A DNA stretch of 64,000 nucleotides. Origin: Schizochytrium sp. TIO01. Lineage: Eukaryota > Protista > Bigyra: Labyrinthulomycetes. Positions 14,131 through 26,362 of this stretch are shown here, piece after piece. The notes below the pieces were generated by a model that saw only the letters and a program-made list of their open reading frames with translations, ran no database searches and was not told the origin of the DNA. The position numbers and the translations under genes were made by a program. The first letter of the stretch is position 1. Each line of letters opens with the position of its first letter. The stretch covers positions 2,356,001-2,420,000 of the forward strand of contig SMSO01000034.1 in assembly GCA_004764695.1 (NCBI GenBank). The letters are read 5' to 3'.

Positions 14131-15820
14131 TTTTTTCTTCTAAAGGTGTATTTTGCGCGTGTTCCAAAGCCAATCTTTATCTTCACGAATCCACAAATCC
14201 ACAAGCCACGCTCTGTTTTGACGAGATACCTCAAAAGTGGCGAATCGAACGATTGAGACAGCCTTTACTTGTAAAAGATGATCAGACTTCCCGGCGTTTA
14301 ATGGTTTTCGAAGCTGTGTAGTTCGATCAGAAGGTATCGCGCTACAAGACCCTGAGTGCTATGATTCTAGAATTAGTCTCTGGAGGCTTGAGCGTTAATC
14401 GTTCACCTCTGAAGCCTTCGTTTCGTGGTCCCGCGGCGACGATTCGAGCAATTCCAAGTCCACTCTTGCAGCGCTAAACGTGGATCTCTAAGAAGAAATA
14501 TCCGGAGCCGTCTGGGTCCACCAGGAAACCTACGGTCCTCTTACAACACACCTCTGTGGTGCTCCAAAGCGTCCTCCAGCCACAGAGGGTCTTGGTCTTG
14601 CTGCAAATGCTGCGCGAGAACTCCAATGCTTGGCCAGGGAGGACCTGCCACCCAATCACAACCACGGACTGCGCAACCCGAATAGTGGTCCTCAATAGAA
14701 GTCGAGGACCCCAATGCCACAAGGTGTGCACTTTCCTAATGAGCAAATGGATAAATTGTCCACAGGAGAAGTTGCTATTTTGCTCTAAATGAAATTGGTT
14801 GAGGCTGGTTGTTTCTCAGTGGTGGTGCAATTTGGGGATTCGGGGGATGATTTGTTTCGCTGACAATAACCTTTTGAATGCATGACCGACACAATGCTGG
14901 ATTTCCTGATTTACTTACAGGTACTATTTGAAAGCCATTTCCTTGGGTCATAGTGGAAAGTAAATAAGGTTCGGGTGGTGATCCTTGCGGAGAGAACATC
15001 ATGTACTATTTATGCAGAAATAGGACAGGTCTGTATTTTCTTTCAGATTCCTAGGATTTCAATCGAGGTCGTCAGAAAATTATTTAGAGTGGTTTCTTAA
15101 TGTGTGTTTTAAGCGGGAAACTGTCAAAAAATGGAGCAGGCTTCGATGTTTGAGCAGAGCTACGAAATTCTTCTCGGCCAACTAGGTGCTCTTTAATTTC
15201 TTTTTTAATAGGAAATAAATAAGGCTTATGCTACAGCAGCCTGAGCTGACAAAATTACAATCCATGCAACTATATAGAAAGTGCAATCAAAGCAGGTGTA
15301 TGAGAGAGAAGATTTAATCGATTTCAGCAGAGCTACGCAAATATGCAAATAAGTTGTAGGAGAAGATATCAAATACAGTTTACATGGAAACTTTAGTCAC
15401 ACTGCTTCACGTTGCCAGCGTATTAGGTCTTGGAAGGCCAACTTCAACGTAAAGATCATGATGAGATAAAGACGTGTGCGCTTTTTTACCCTTGGCGTAA
15501 AATTTATAAGTGAAGGCCTAGTGATTAATCTATATACACCATTAGTCATTGCACGCGCGCACCACCCCGCATTGGGTACTTGTGCGTGAGCATTGACCAC
15601 TTACATGAACCAGGCTAGGAAGGATCAGCGAAGTAGGGCTGCACAATCGGTAGCAGCAAAACCTAATTCAATCCATGCACAGTAAGCTGAAGGGGTGATC
15701 GCGTACTGTGCTTCTTGTCGAAGAAAATCAGAATACTGTCGAGACCGCTGTGCAGTTACTTTGTCGCGGCGATTAGAGACAAGCAAAACCAGTTGCACAG
15801 CAGGGACACGCCAAAGGACC

Positions 15821-16562
15821 ATGAACACGTCAAGCCCAATAAGCGTTGAACCAAAGGGAGAAGGTGATCTTGAGCAGGCACAAGGTTGCACCTTTAAATG
15901 AAGCCAATGACGCGGACGATGGTGACGACGTAGATAGTTCGGAATACGCAGAACCTGTGGTAGACGAGAATTGGCTTGCAAGCTGGGCCACAGAGGTGCT
16001 GGGAACGCAATCTGAGGCATTCTTTGTGCTTGGTGTTTGTTTAGACACAATATCAGGTATGCCACTCTCAGACATACAGACCAGCTCCATCATTGGTGCC
16101 TCAGTCAGCGGTCTTTCCATCCTGATTACGAGTTGTAGACTAATTAAAACTGCAGGTTATGTTCTTAAAAACCACGCTGCGAGGCCCAAAATGGATGATA
16201 GAATGTCAATGGCCGTACAGAAGGTTTGCTCGGTGCTTTTTATGGGTCTCAGTTGCTATCTAGCCACCAGCATTGAACAGGCTGCTATGCGTCAATACTC
16301 CAGTTTGATGTTTCTTGTCATTGCGACTTTTACGGATATGGTTGCTCTTGTTGACGTTTGGCGTGACCGTTTGTATTACTACAACTGCTTGTATTGTGCT
16401 GACGATGCTCAATTTTACGAGGGTAAATATGTTTATCGTACTTTTCCCCAAGCCTTCCGCCATGCTATGAATATTGCAAAATATGATACAATTGCTTGCA
16501 TCTTTTGCTTTTTGGATGCAGCATTGAGTGTCATTCTGTGGTTTCTTATCTTTTTCCTTTAG
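15821..16562 (+). CDS. Multi-pass membrane protein of unknown function, paralog 1 (+1 frame break at ~15884-15901)
   Basis: ATG 15821 gives MNTSS, identical to the start of paralog 2. The body (track ORF 15846, TTG start) is in the +1 frame. 4-5 hydrophobic segments; end-to-end similarity to 17826-18545. Confidence 0.75.
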
Positions 16563-17825
16563 ACGTTTGACTACCGTTTTGAATACTCTTGTTATTATTT
16601 GCCAGAGCTACTTTTGGTTTACTTGTTTAAGAAAGAATGTTGTTGTTCATCATATTTTTCTATTTTTATTCCCATTTGTAGTCCCGGGGTTTGATCTAGT
16701 TATCCACGCATTCTCTTAGCGGCATGATACGCGTGGAGGGGAGAGCAGAAGTTATAGACAAAGAATCATATACTATGTATTTTGGTGGGAAGGAATGGCT
16801 TTTCTTTTCAACATATGGAATTTATCTACTCTACTCAAGATTCTCAGCAGAGTGAAGAAAATGTGCATCTATGCTAGTAGAAATCGGTAATTGCATTTTT
16901 CTTCTTAGGCTAGATTTAGATTACATTATCTATGACTCCCGATGCATTTTAGAGTTCAATTTAGGGGACTTGAAATCTGAGATATTGAGCTACAAGTATA
17001 TCTCATCTACAGTCATAGTAGCCTCTTTGATGAGCCCTTGTTCGCTCAAATGAATTCGTTTGATCTGACAGTAGGGGGGCACATCTAATTCAAATATACA
17101 GACTACCATGTGCCAGTTAAAGCAGCATCCGTACTTGCCGCTGCATTGTTTCCCACCTCTGCAGCTGCAGTAAGAGACGAAGGTTTAATGAACCATGGTG
17201 ACAAAACAGCATATTCATCAAATATCCAAAGAGTAGGGAGGTTACATGGTGACAAAACAACACAATCATTTAATATTCCAGGAAAAGCATGCTTCTTTTT
17301 GGTCACCAGATAAATAATTTACTTCGTACAGTTCGTAAACAAATTTATACAAGAGCGCCTGCCAAGGCCAAATTGGAAACTTGACAACACCTAGCAGTCT
17401 TTCGTTGACGTGACAGATGGACTTCCCTCCCCTATCGAAGATCCCTCGTTGCGTTTGCTGAGCCGGCTCTAGTCCTCGCACCCACGATGATTGGGGTCTA
17501 CGATTCCAATTCAAAGTTACCAGTGGAGAGATCTTCCCTTCCCAGTAGTACTATCCTAGTGAGAGGTAGTACATAACTTCTGTGCCCTTTCGAAGAGGGT
17601 CCCACGCTCACAGTGTGCGCCGATCAAATTATCAATGTATCAATGTATCAATATAATCGATCCGCCATGAGCTAGTGAGGGAGACGCGGGTTCTTCAATT
17701 CCTGTGTTTGTTGGTGCGTAAGCAAACCCAAAAAGACTGGTATCGGGGGGCGAGGAGTTCCTTGTTAGGCCGGACTCGAGTTACAGGGTCTGGAGTTTGG
17801 TGAACTGCTTGCTATCAGACGGCAT

Positions 17826-18545
17826 ATGAATACCTCAAGCGGAGAGATGGAGGACGACTTTGACGAAACAAAAGCTCAAGTTACACCCTGGACTCGCAGA
17901 AGCGCAGAGAGAGATGAGAAAACCGAGGAGGAGACTGTCTATGATGACAGTTGGCTTGCTGCGTGGGTTTTTGAAGTGCTCAGTACCCAAATCATGGCCT
18001 TTTATGTGTTAGGAATCAGCCTAGATGCTGCTGTGGCAGCGGTGCCTCAATCCGAGGTGAGAGCAAGCTCAATCATTGGCATTTTGTTTAGTAGTATTGC
18101 TATATTGGGCGCAGTCAGTTGGCTCATTTGCAAATCTTATTATATTCTCAAGAATCATTTTGCAAGACCTTGCATGGAAAAGCGCATGGCCATGGCAGTA
18201 CGTCAAGCAAGTACATGTTTTTTTCTGATCTTAAGCTGTGGTCTTGCGTCAAGTCTTGAAAACTTTGCCATGAGGCAGTATACAAGCATTATGATACTTG
18301 TGATCGTGACTTGTACGAATTTCTCTGCCTTAATTGATATCTGGCGAGACCGTGTCTATCACAGATATTGCTTGTATGGATCTGAAGAAGGCCAGTTTTA
18401 TGATGGTAACTTTTCCAAACGCTCTCCTTTGAATGCCCTTCAATATGCTCTCAAGGTGTCACGTTTTGACACAATTGCGTGCATCTTTTGCTTTGTGAAT
18501 GTGCCCTTGACATTGATTGTGTGGCTTCTTATTTTCTTGCTGTAA
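17826..18545 (+). CDS. Multi-pass membrane protein of unknown function, paralog 2 (239 aa)
   Basis: Intact ATG-TAA ORF. Shares WLA.W..EVL.TQ, SSIIG, LKNH.ARP.M, AMRQY, D.WRDR.Y...CLY, DTIACIFCF and W.LIF with paralog 1. Confidence 0.85.
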   Translation: MNTSSGEMEDDFDETKAQVTPWTRRSAERDEKTEEETVYDDSWLAAWVFEVLSTQIMAFYVLGISLDAAVAAVPQSEVRASSIIGILFSSIAILGAVSWLICKSYYILKNHFARPCMEKRMAMAVRQASTCFFLILSCGLASSLENFAMRQYTSIMILVIVTCTNFSALIDIWRDRVYHRYCLYGSEEGQFYDGNFSKRSPLNALQYALKVSRFDTIACIFCFVNVPLTLIVWLLIFLL

Positions 18546-20112
18546 GGTGAGGGAGATGTTGTTCTATATTGTCAACAAGTAATGGTAACGGCTAACATAT
18601 TACATGCATGTTTCGCTATAGCTTTGAGATTGCGAAGCAAGATTCCCTGAACAAGAAAAGCTCTCGAAATGATCATCCATCACGATTGCATAGTTTTATA
18701 CCTATCTCCATTTGTTTCTATAGCAAGGTCAGAGCTAGCTACGTTGTGTCATTTTTTAAATCCCATCGGTTAATCGTGGTACAGCCGTGTCTCCACTCTG
18801 ACAGCCTTCTTCATAAAGTTCTGAAATTTATACAATATCACACAGTATCTAAACTCTTTACAAAATTTCAAATCCAACCGAGACGAGCTTCATGTTATTT
18901 ATTCTATATTGCGACGCGGAGTTATATTCTGGAGCTTTACAAGCGTGTAAATAATCAGCTTTCAGTGATTGAACGCGTATGGGTGGGTTTACCATTCTAG
19001 CCAGGCATTTGCCCCTCGGCGCAAACTCTCCTTTTCCCTTGCGAGAATATGAATCCTTTTTCTTAAGAGAGTTTACTCTATAGTATAGCATTGGAATGCG
19101 ACATATGTAAATTCTACAAAGGTTTATCCGACTTCTTTCTGGCCATATCTATAATCCAATTTTGGAAAACCTGGGATCTACGGAACCCGGGTTTTACGAC
19201 GATGATAATGACGAGAGTCAAGTTTTAAGCACAGCTCGGAGAAGCGGCATTTAATTTTGTTTGGGATGAGGTGGATGTATGTGCATTCTTCCTCATCGAA
19301 TTGACTGCATTCATACCTGTAACTCGATCTGAGAGAAGTCTCGGATCTTCGGAACCCGGATTTTAATGTCCTTGCAAGTTCCTCGGTTGCAAATTGCGGC
19401 GTTTTGTTCGCAGAACTTTATCGGCACGAGATACTCCAGAGGCGCTGCTCATCTCAGGATCGCTCGTGCAACTTTCTTGTAACCCTGGGAATTTCACCAA
19501 GCTCATCGCTGGCCAAAGACCGACTGCAAATTATTTATGCCCATCATCATTCGCAGAACACTCTTGAATTCTGTCCAGCATTCATGAACTAGGTAGGTAG
19601 CAAGTAGTACCAGTACCAAGATAGTTAATTGTATTCCTTCTCTAGCTCTCTAGAGAGAGTGCAGAAAAAAGGATAAATGGTAATCAATACAGTGATTAGC
19701 TGCCATATTAGCAAACTGCAAATGTGACCACTGGAAGCTGGCAACTATCTATTTTACAATTGGTCAACAACAACACAAATCATCGAACGATGGCCATTTT
19801 GAAGCTTCGGTCGTGTCTTTCCAGGCACACCTCAATCTGCCGCCACTGAAATCAGCGTTGTTGCGAGCCTTGGAGTTATTATGATGGTCTTCTTTGTGCT
19901 TTTGCCGTGTACAAAAGCGTGGCACGAGGAGCTTCCAACAAAGCCGTGGACAAGTGCAATCGCCCATCTTGAAGATCACAATCATGACAGCCTGAATCAA
20001 ACCAACCCATCACTCATCGCACAGAACGAGCTGCACTGCTGCACGCACAGTGCCATCGACCACCTTTTATTCATCCATCTATCCATCACTCCTCGAGCGT
20101 GTATATACACGC

Positions 20113-20116
<4 letters not shown>

Positions 20117-20154
<38 letters not shown>
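20117..20154. repeat. (TA)n microsatellite
   Basis: Pure TA run. Confidence 0.95.
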
Positions 20155-20157
<3 letters not shown>

Positions 20158-23100
20158 AAATCAAGCTCCTAAGCAGAATCGTTCGTGCCACAGATTTCAT
20201 GACAGCGTAACGGTTGCGGAACCCCATAGAAACCCAAGGTTGAATAGGAGGTGCTACGCGCCACTTACTGCCCACCACACAAACAATCCTCGAGATTCTC
20301 TGCTGCCACGTAGAGCCTATTGCGTAGCGGTCAACGCTTCTTCGCAATCACGCCTTGGTCTTTGACGCAGTCTGAAAGCGAACCACATGTCTTCCTTCGA
20401 TCCTGTCTGCATTCTTGATTGATTGATTGATTGATTGATTGATCCATGAATGCATTTGCTCGCCGTCCTTTACTTGGAGCCTTCAATCGCATTACATTTC
20501 AATCATGCTCTTTTCCCACTACACGCTCTGTAATTGCTATTAGCATTATTATCATGATAGCATAGTTATAATACGAGAGAGAGAAAGGAAAATTTGTTTC
20601 AGAAAGTTTAGGTTGAACAACCAACCACCAATCCGAGGGACGCCTCGCGCTCGAGCGGCCCGTGAACGCTCGCTCGGGTGTCGCGCCAAATGCACACACC
20701 TCACTTCTTCTCTGCAGACTCTGTGTCCGCGTTCAAAGACCCCTTTAATCTTCATTTTATCATTCTTTTAATTATTAAAAAAATATACCATCTTAAAAAA
20801 AATTAAAAAGTCAAATTAAAAAAATACATAAATAAATCAATGGATAAATATTATGTTTTGATTAGTGCCAAAACTTGAGGAATGGAAGATTTAACTGCGC
20901 AGGCATATATATATATGATGATTAGCGAAGCGATCGATCCCTCGTAGAGCGCCGTCTAACAACAAATAACAACAAACTTAATCATCAGCTACGTTTGCAA
21001 TGGCGCGAGGCGGACGTTTGCAGAGCAGCGGCTGCTCGGAGCCGAACCGGCAACCGTCGACCTGCGCCGTAAGTTCTGTCGAGCAGCTTCCCTTCCGGGA
21101 AGCCTTGGGTGACGGTTTTCTGCTTCAGAGTCTGCTAAATTCTGCAGAAATAGCGCGCCTGTGAGTGAGCTGGCTGGAAGCCCTGTTGTCATCACAATCA
21201 AAAATGCTCCAGAGCGATGCATGCATGTGCATTTGATCGTTCATTCCATCCCATCTGCCACGATCATCGCCATCGCCACGGTCGAAGGTCTCGATCAGGT
21301 ACTTCGCGATGTGCTTTGCTTTGGAGCGAGTTTCGCGACGCCTTCCCTTATCGAGGCCTCCTTTCGACTAAGTAAGTAAGTTGTGCAAAAACGAGCTCAT
21401 CGCGGAGCTCTTCGACCTCTCGCAGGGCGCGTAACCGGGCCAAGCGCAGTCGTACCTAGGGCTTACTTTCTCGCAGTGCCGCCGCAGCTCGTAGTATGCA
21501 CCACCTTTAGCTCCTTCAGGTCGCCCAAGTCGTACGTTGACGCAGTCGGCGAGCGAGCCCTGGAGCACGCCGCTCATGCATGCATCATGAGGTACCGTCT
21601 CCGCGACAGTCAGCCGAGCGAGTCTAGTCCAGAACCTCCTCGGGGACCTGGAGGACGATTTCCTCGGAGTTTCCTGGTTCCTGGAGGTCTGCCTGCCCCT
21701 CCCTCCGCCGGCCTGTCTGTCTTCGCGAGCGGGCTCCAGGACCAGCACGGAGTACCTGACTGCCTGAACATAATCTTCTCAAGTTGGCAAGCTGCCCTAA
21801 AATTCTGGCAGCGCTGAGGCCCGAGCGCTACGGGTTGCCTACCGGTATCTATAGGACCGCGCGCTCATTCCAGCTCTGAAGCCGCCGGTTCTGGGATCCC
21901 GCTCCACGATCGTCTCCACGCCGCCGTTGGAGTCAAGTCAAGCAAGTCAAGTCAGGGCCAGCCAGGCCGAATTGGAGGCTGGTCGGGCTGCCGCGTGGCG
22001 GCCTTATGGACCTCCGTTTTACCCTCGACTGTCGGCGGTGGCGAGCCTTAGTGTGGACGCGATTGCGCGGAGTGTCTTCATCGAGTCCCTCTTGAGTTTT
22101 GAAGGAGTGCAGGAACTCGTAAATTACAATTTCTTAGAAGATGAAATAATTTGTGATTTTTATGTAAAAAAAAAATTAAATTGAAAATAAATAAACAGTC
22201 GCTATATGGAAGGAAGCGTTTCCATGTTCATTCCATTTTTAATTTTTAATTTTTTTTCCTTCAAGGAAAAAAAAAAAGTGGAAAAAAAGACTGTTTCGAC
22301 AAGTCCAGGACTCCTACGCTGCAGATAGGCGAAACTCGCGACGAAACTGCCGGTACACACTTCTTCTTCTTGGGGGTCTAATGTGTAGAGACTGTCGTCC
22401 TCCTGGATAGTAAAACGAAGGATTCCTTCGATCCAAGATCTTTGAGGAATTCGTTCGTGGATTTCGGGCTCCACGCGAACGGTTGACCTGCGCACCTGAC
22501 TTGACAAACACAAGCGCTGGCCACGCCTCGAGGAGGTGGCATTCTCTGGAGACGCACGTAAGAAATGGTAATATCCACCCGCTCCCCAAGAGCACATGGG
22601 TGGACGGAGACGGCCTCTGAGACTCAGCTGTGCCTTTGTTTGGTTGGTCTGCATGAGCCGGGAACCCAATCAATGCAAAGCGGCGATCAAATCGAATCGC
22701 AAGCACGCAAGCAAGCAAGCAAGCAAGCAAACGAAGCAAGCCAAGCTTGAAGACAACTTCCGCTCGCGACGGCTTAGGTCTTTTCCAGAACTGTCTTCAG
22801 AGGCAGCGAGTGGCCTGAACCCTGCGCGAGAGAGCGGTTGGAGATCATGGCGGGCGTTTCCGTGCCCGAGAACGCGAGAACTGCTACCTCGTAGAGGATG
22901 AGATCACATCAGATGAGCTCAGGAATCCTGGAATCGAAATTGGACTCAGGCGTGAGCAAGACTCGAAGTAGGCAGCAGAGCAGGAGCTCGGAATCGCAAT
23001 GAAATCTGAAGCCAAGCGGGGCAAACATGTAAACATAACGCAATTTATCAGTGTCCAATTCTCAAGAATCCACACGGAGCGCGAAGGAGGACAGCGCACA

Positions 23101-25043
23101 AGCCTGGAGAAATTCGTTTTGGCCTCGTGCAGTTGAGCTGTTCACAGACACGCACACTCGCAGAGGGGTCGCAAGGAGGAGGACCTGGCGTTTGTCCCTG
23201 CCCGCAAGCGATCGTGACTTCATTCCGGAGAGACGCGAAAGATACTCAACTCCAGTAGATCGTACTATGTATGAATGTATGAATGTATGAATGTATACAC
23301 ATGTACCTTTCGGAATTGGTGGCGAAAGGTGTTGGTCGCTGAGATCACAGCTTCGTCAAGAAAATTGGCAGAACTAACATCCCAAGACAGGCTGCTGAGC
23401 CTGAGGGCAGTGGCATTGGTCAGCGTCCATCACCTGCATGCCATCACCTGCATGGCAGCCTTAAAACCTGGCAGCTGCACAGCCAGAGCTTGGCACAAGT
23501 ACCCCGAATTACGATGGCGACTCGCATGAGGGTGTTGCAGCATCTTGACCTCTTCGCACAAAGGCAAGAGCTTCAGTCGAGCGCATAGTAGAGCGTACAG
23601 GAATGAGTGCAGAACACGAGTTCTACCGCTGAGCCAATCAATAAATGTGCCATTATCGTGCTGCACTGTTTCCCAAGCGCGATCATTGGATACCTTGCGC
23701 TTCCAGCCGAATTCATTTCAACTCTGCAATTTCACGAACGCCCTTCGCGAAAGGACTCTGCCATTCGCCCGCTGTACCATGCATGCCCAGCTTGGCGCTT
23801 TGGCCTTTCTCGCGGCATCTTCAGCATATTTCCTCCCTCTGATCGAATGCCGAAATCCACTCAAATCCGGCGGCCTTGATCCTCGAATTTCGATACCGGC
23901 CATCCACGCGCCAACCTTTGACCCTTCTCTATCTTGCCCTGGCCGCCACCCTTCGCTGCTCCACCAAGCAGCCGAAATGTCGCTTTCTGTGAGGTCTCAA
24001 ATCACAGCGTGCTGCGTGCCGTTGATCCCTGGCAGTTCTGGCAGGGAGGGAGGGGATTCTGGGCTTCACGGCTTACCTTTATGCGCCAATTCGCCTCAAA
24101 GATAAGGATCGATCGATCATGCCGCGGTCTGAAAGAGGTCAAATTCGAGCCACCCATTTGGTTCCAGATCCATCGCGGTGGTCGTGAGTTATGCACGCCG
24201 CGCCCCACACACACAAACACACTCACACACGCACAGCTCGAGGCCTTCCTTGGTCTTATGGCCGTTGACCTCGCGTGCTTTAGCTAGGACTCAGGGTGTA
24301 AAATGTAATTGCGCTGACCGTGGTAGCAGAAGGCGTCGTCGACTTGGGTGCCACAACTTTGGCCAGAGCAGCACATTCTCCGCAATGGGTGAGTGAGTGA
24401 GCGAACGAATGCAGGACACAGCAAAGGCCTGCGCCACAGCTGAGATTCGATGTCGGCGCGTGCGAATCCAGCGGAGACGAGGACCTTGGGCCCAAGGAGA
24501 ACGGGTTGTTAGATTGATCGATCGATCGATCGATCGCCGGGCTCTGAGGTGAAGACCGACAGCGTCGAGTTCTGGACGTCGCCGGCTTGGACTTGCTGCT
24601 GCCGAGGAAGGTCCAGACCTCCTCCTCCTCCTCCGTGAAGTAGTTCGAGTTCTTGCGCTTCAGCAGAGCAGTGCAAACTCGAAGAGGGAAAATCCAAGCG
24701 TTCAACGCATCAAATCAAATCAGTGCACCCTCGTAAGGCGCCAGCTTACGCAATCCCTGACTAGTCCCTGCTACTGCCTCGCTAGGACTTCATTTCATTT
24801 ACAACATTCATTCGTCCTTTCTTATAATCAATGCTTTTGTGTAAAATACTTTTACATTTATACATTTATATTTTATATTTCCAAATAGAAGCTTTGAAAA
24901 CATTTTGCTTTTCTAATTTGTAACTTTAAAAATTGGAGGAATTCTTTCTCCAACTTACAGATAACAGTAGGTGCCTCCCTAACGGTAGCACCAGTACTAT
25001 GATAGAACAAGTATATTATCTCTCCCAGGTTTCTTCTTTCGTG

Positions 25044-25045
25044 AA

Positions 25046-25124
<79 letters not shown>

Positions 25125-25159
25125 AAAATATGTAAATAAATAAATAAATAAATAAATAA
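25044..25159. repeat. (AAAT)n microsatellite, ~115 bp, one interruption
   Basis: Directly visible tandem AAAT array. Confidence 0.95.
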
Positions 25160-26145
25160 CTTGAAGTAAACACGGAACTCTGGAGCACTTCGTTTTAACT
25201 AAACTTGTTTACAGGCCCCTGGAAAGTCAACGATCACGAGCACACCATGAACTCTGGACCGAGCTCTTCTTTTAGGTAGTGAGCATCTGCTCTGATGCTC
25301 CATTTACACGTACCTTCGATCACTGTGCGAATAGTATTCGGGTGTTGTAATTAGCGGCGGCGCTATTATCCGCTCATTCACACTTCTTCAGGAACTGACA
25401 CCCTTTTAAGAAGGAGTGCTAATGGTGCTATAGTTTCCGGTAATGACCATTTCTGTAAGGAAAAACGTAAGACAGGTACGTACTTGCAATTCTTGTAGGT
25501 CTCGCAAGTTTTTGTTTAATTGTATATTTGGTTTACAGGTATGAAAACCGGGTCACGATCGAGATTAGCTCTCGAGACGCAGCCATCGCCTCTGCTTCAG
25601 GAAACTAATTCCGCGGCGACACTTCAAATTGGCGAGCAGTGCTCCCTCAGTTTCAGCCTTATGGGTGAAATGAAGTCATACACCACTACTTCGCAAGTTT
25701 ATTAAATCGGGTGATCCGCAACGAGCTTTCAGAAAGACAGGAGGAGGTGATTTAAATGGCATGTGGTTTTAAAAGTGCCTGGTAAGCCTAACTAGCCGCC
25801 TGCTAAGAGCTGGAGCCCTATGAAATGTAAGCTTTCATTCATCATATCATGAACTGTCAGTGCAACAGAGGAGCAGGATCTAACTTGCAGAGATTGGGCT
25901 GAGCGTTCACGCTGCGCCAGAACTAGTTGCTCGTGGTTGGCAAGCGGGGCGAGGCAGGCAGGCAAGCTAGCTCGCTGGCTGGCTGCTGTCCGCCACTGGC
26001 AACCCGTGGCGGGTTGGAGAAGGAGCAACGAGTTCCGGGAAAGATTTGAAATCGCCGTTCGACCACTCTCAAATCGATCTTCTGCAGCGAGAATCCAAAG
26101 CAAAGTCAATCTTCGCAAACCAGGACACCGGACTCGAAAGGGGCC

Positions 26146-26362
26146 ATGGCTGTGCTCAGCTCGCAGCTCATCGATCCCTCAAGACACCTTCCGCGTTCGC
26201 GCAGGCCTGCTCAAATTGCCGCCCGTGGGAGGCATCCACGCCAACGATTATATCCTCCTGGGCTTGAAGGCTGAGCTGGAGGTTGAAGTACTTCGCGCTG
26301 CGACAGAGCATTGCACCCTTCGTCGCCGCAAGGACGTCACCCTCGACGTCTTCGACTTCTAA
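26146..26362 (+). pseudogene. Possible decayed histone-fold (H4/TAF6-like) gene fragment
   Basis: SIPQDTFRVRA...LEVEVLRAATEHCTLRRRKDVTLD resembles the histone-fold alpha2-L2-alpha3 (H4 [22 protein letters not shown]). The nearest ATG (26146) is out of frame by +1, and a TAA falls at 26360. Confidence 0.3.

Noticed and set aside
6489-14321. Many short ORFs overlapping UTP20
   Set aside because: Antisense or alternate-frame shadows of a long CDS
19174-19365. 23-bp direct repeat pair GGATCT.CGGAACCCGG.TTTTA
   Set aside because: Only two copies with no associated feature; not a CRISPR array or LTR
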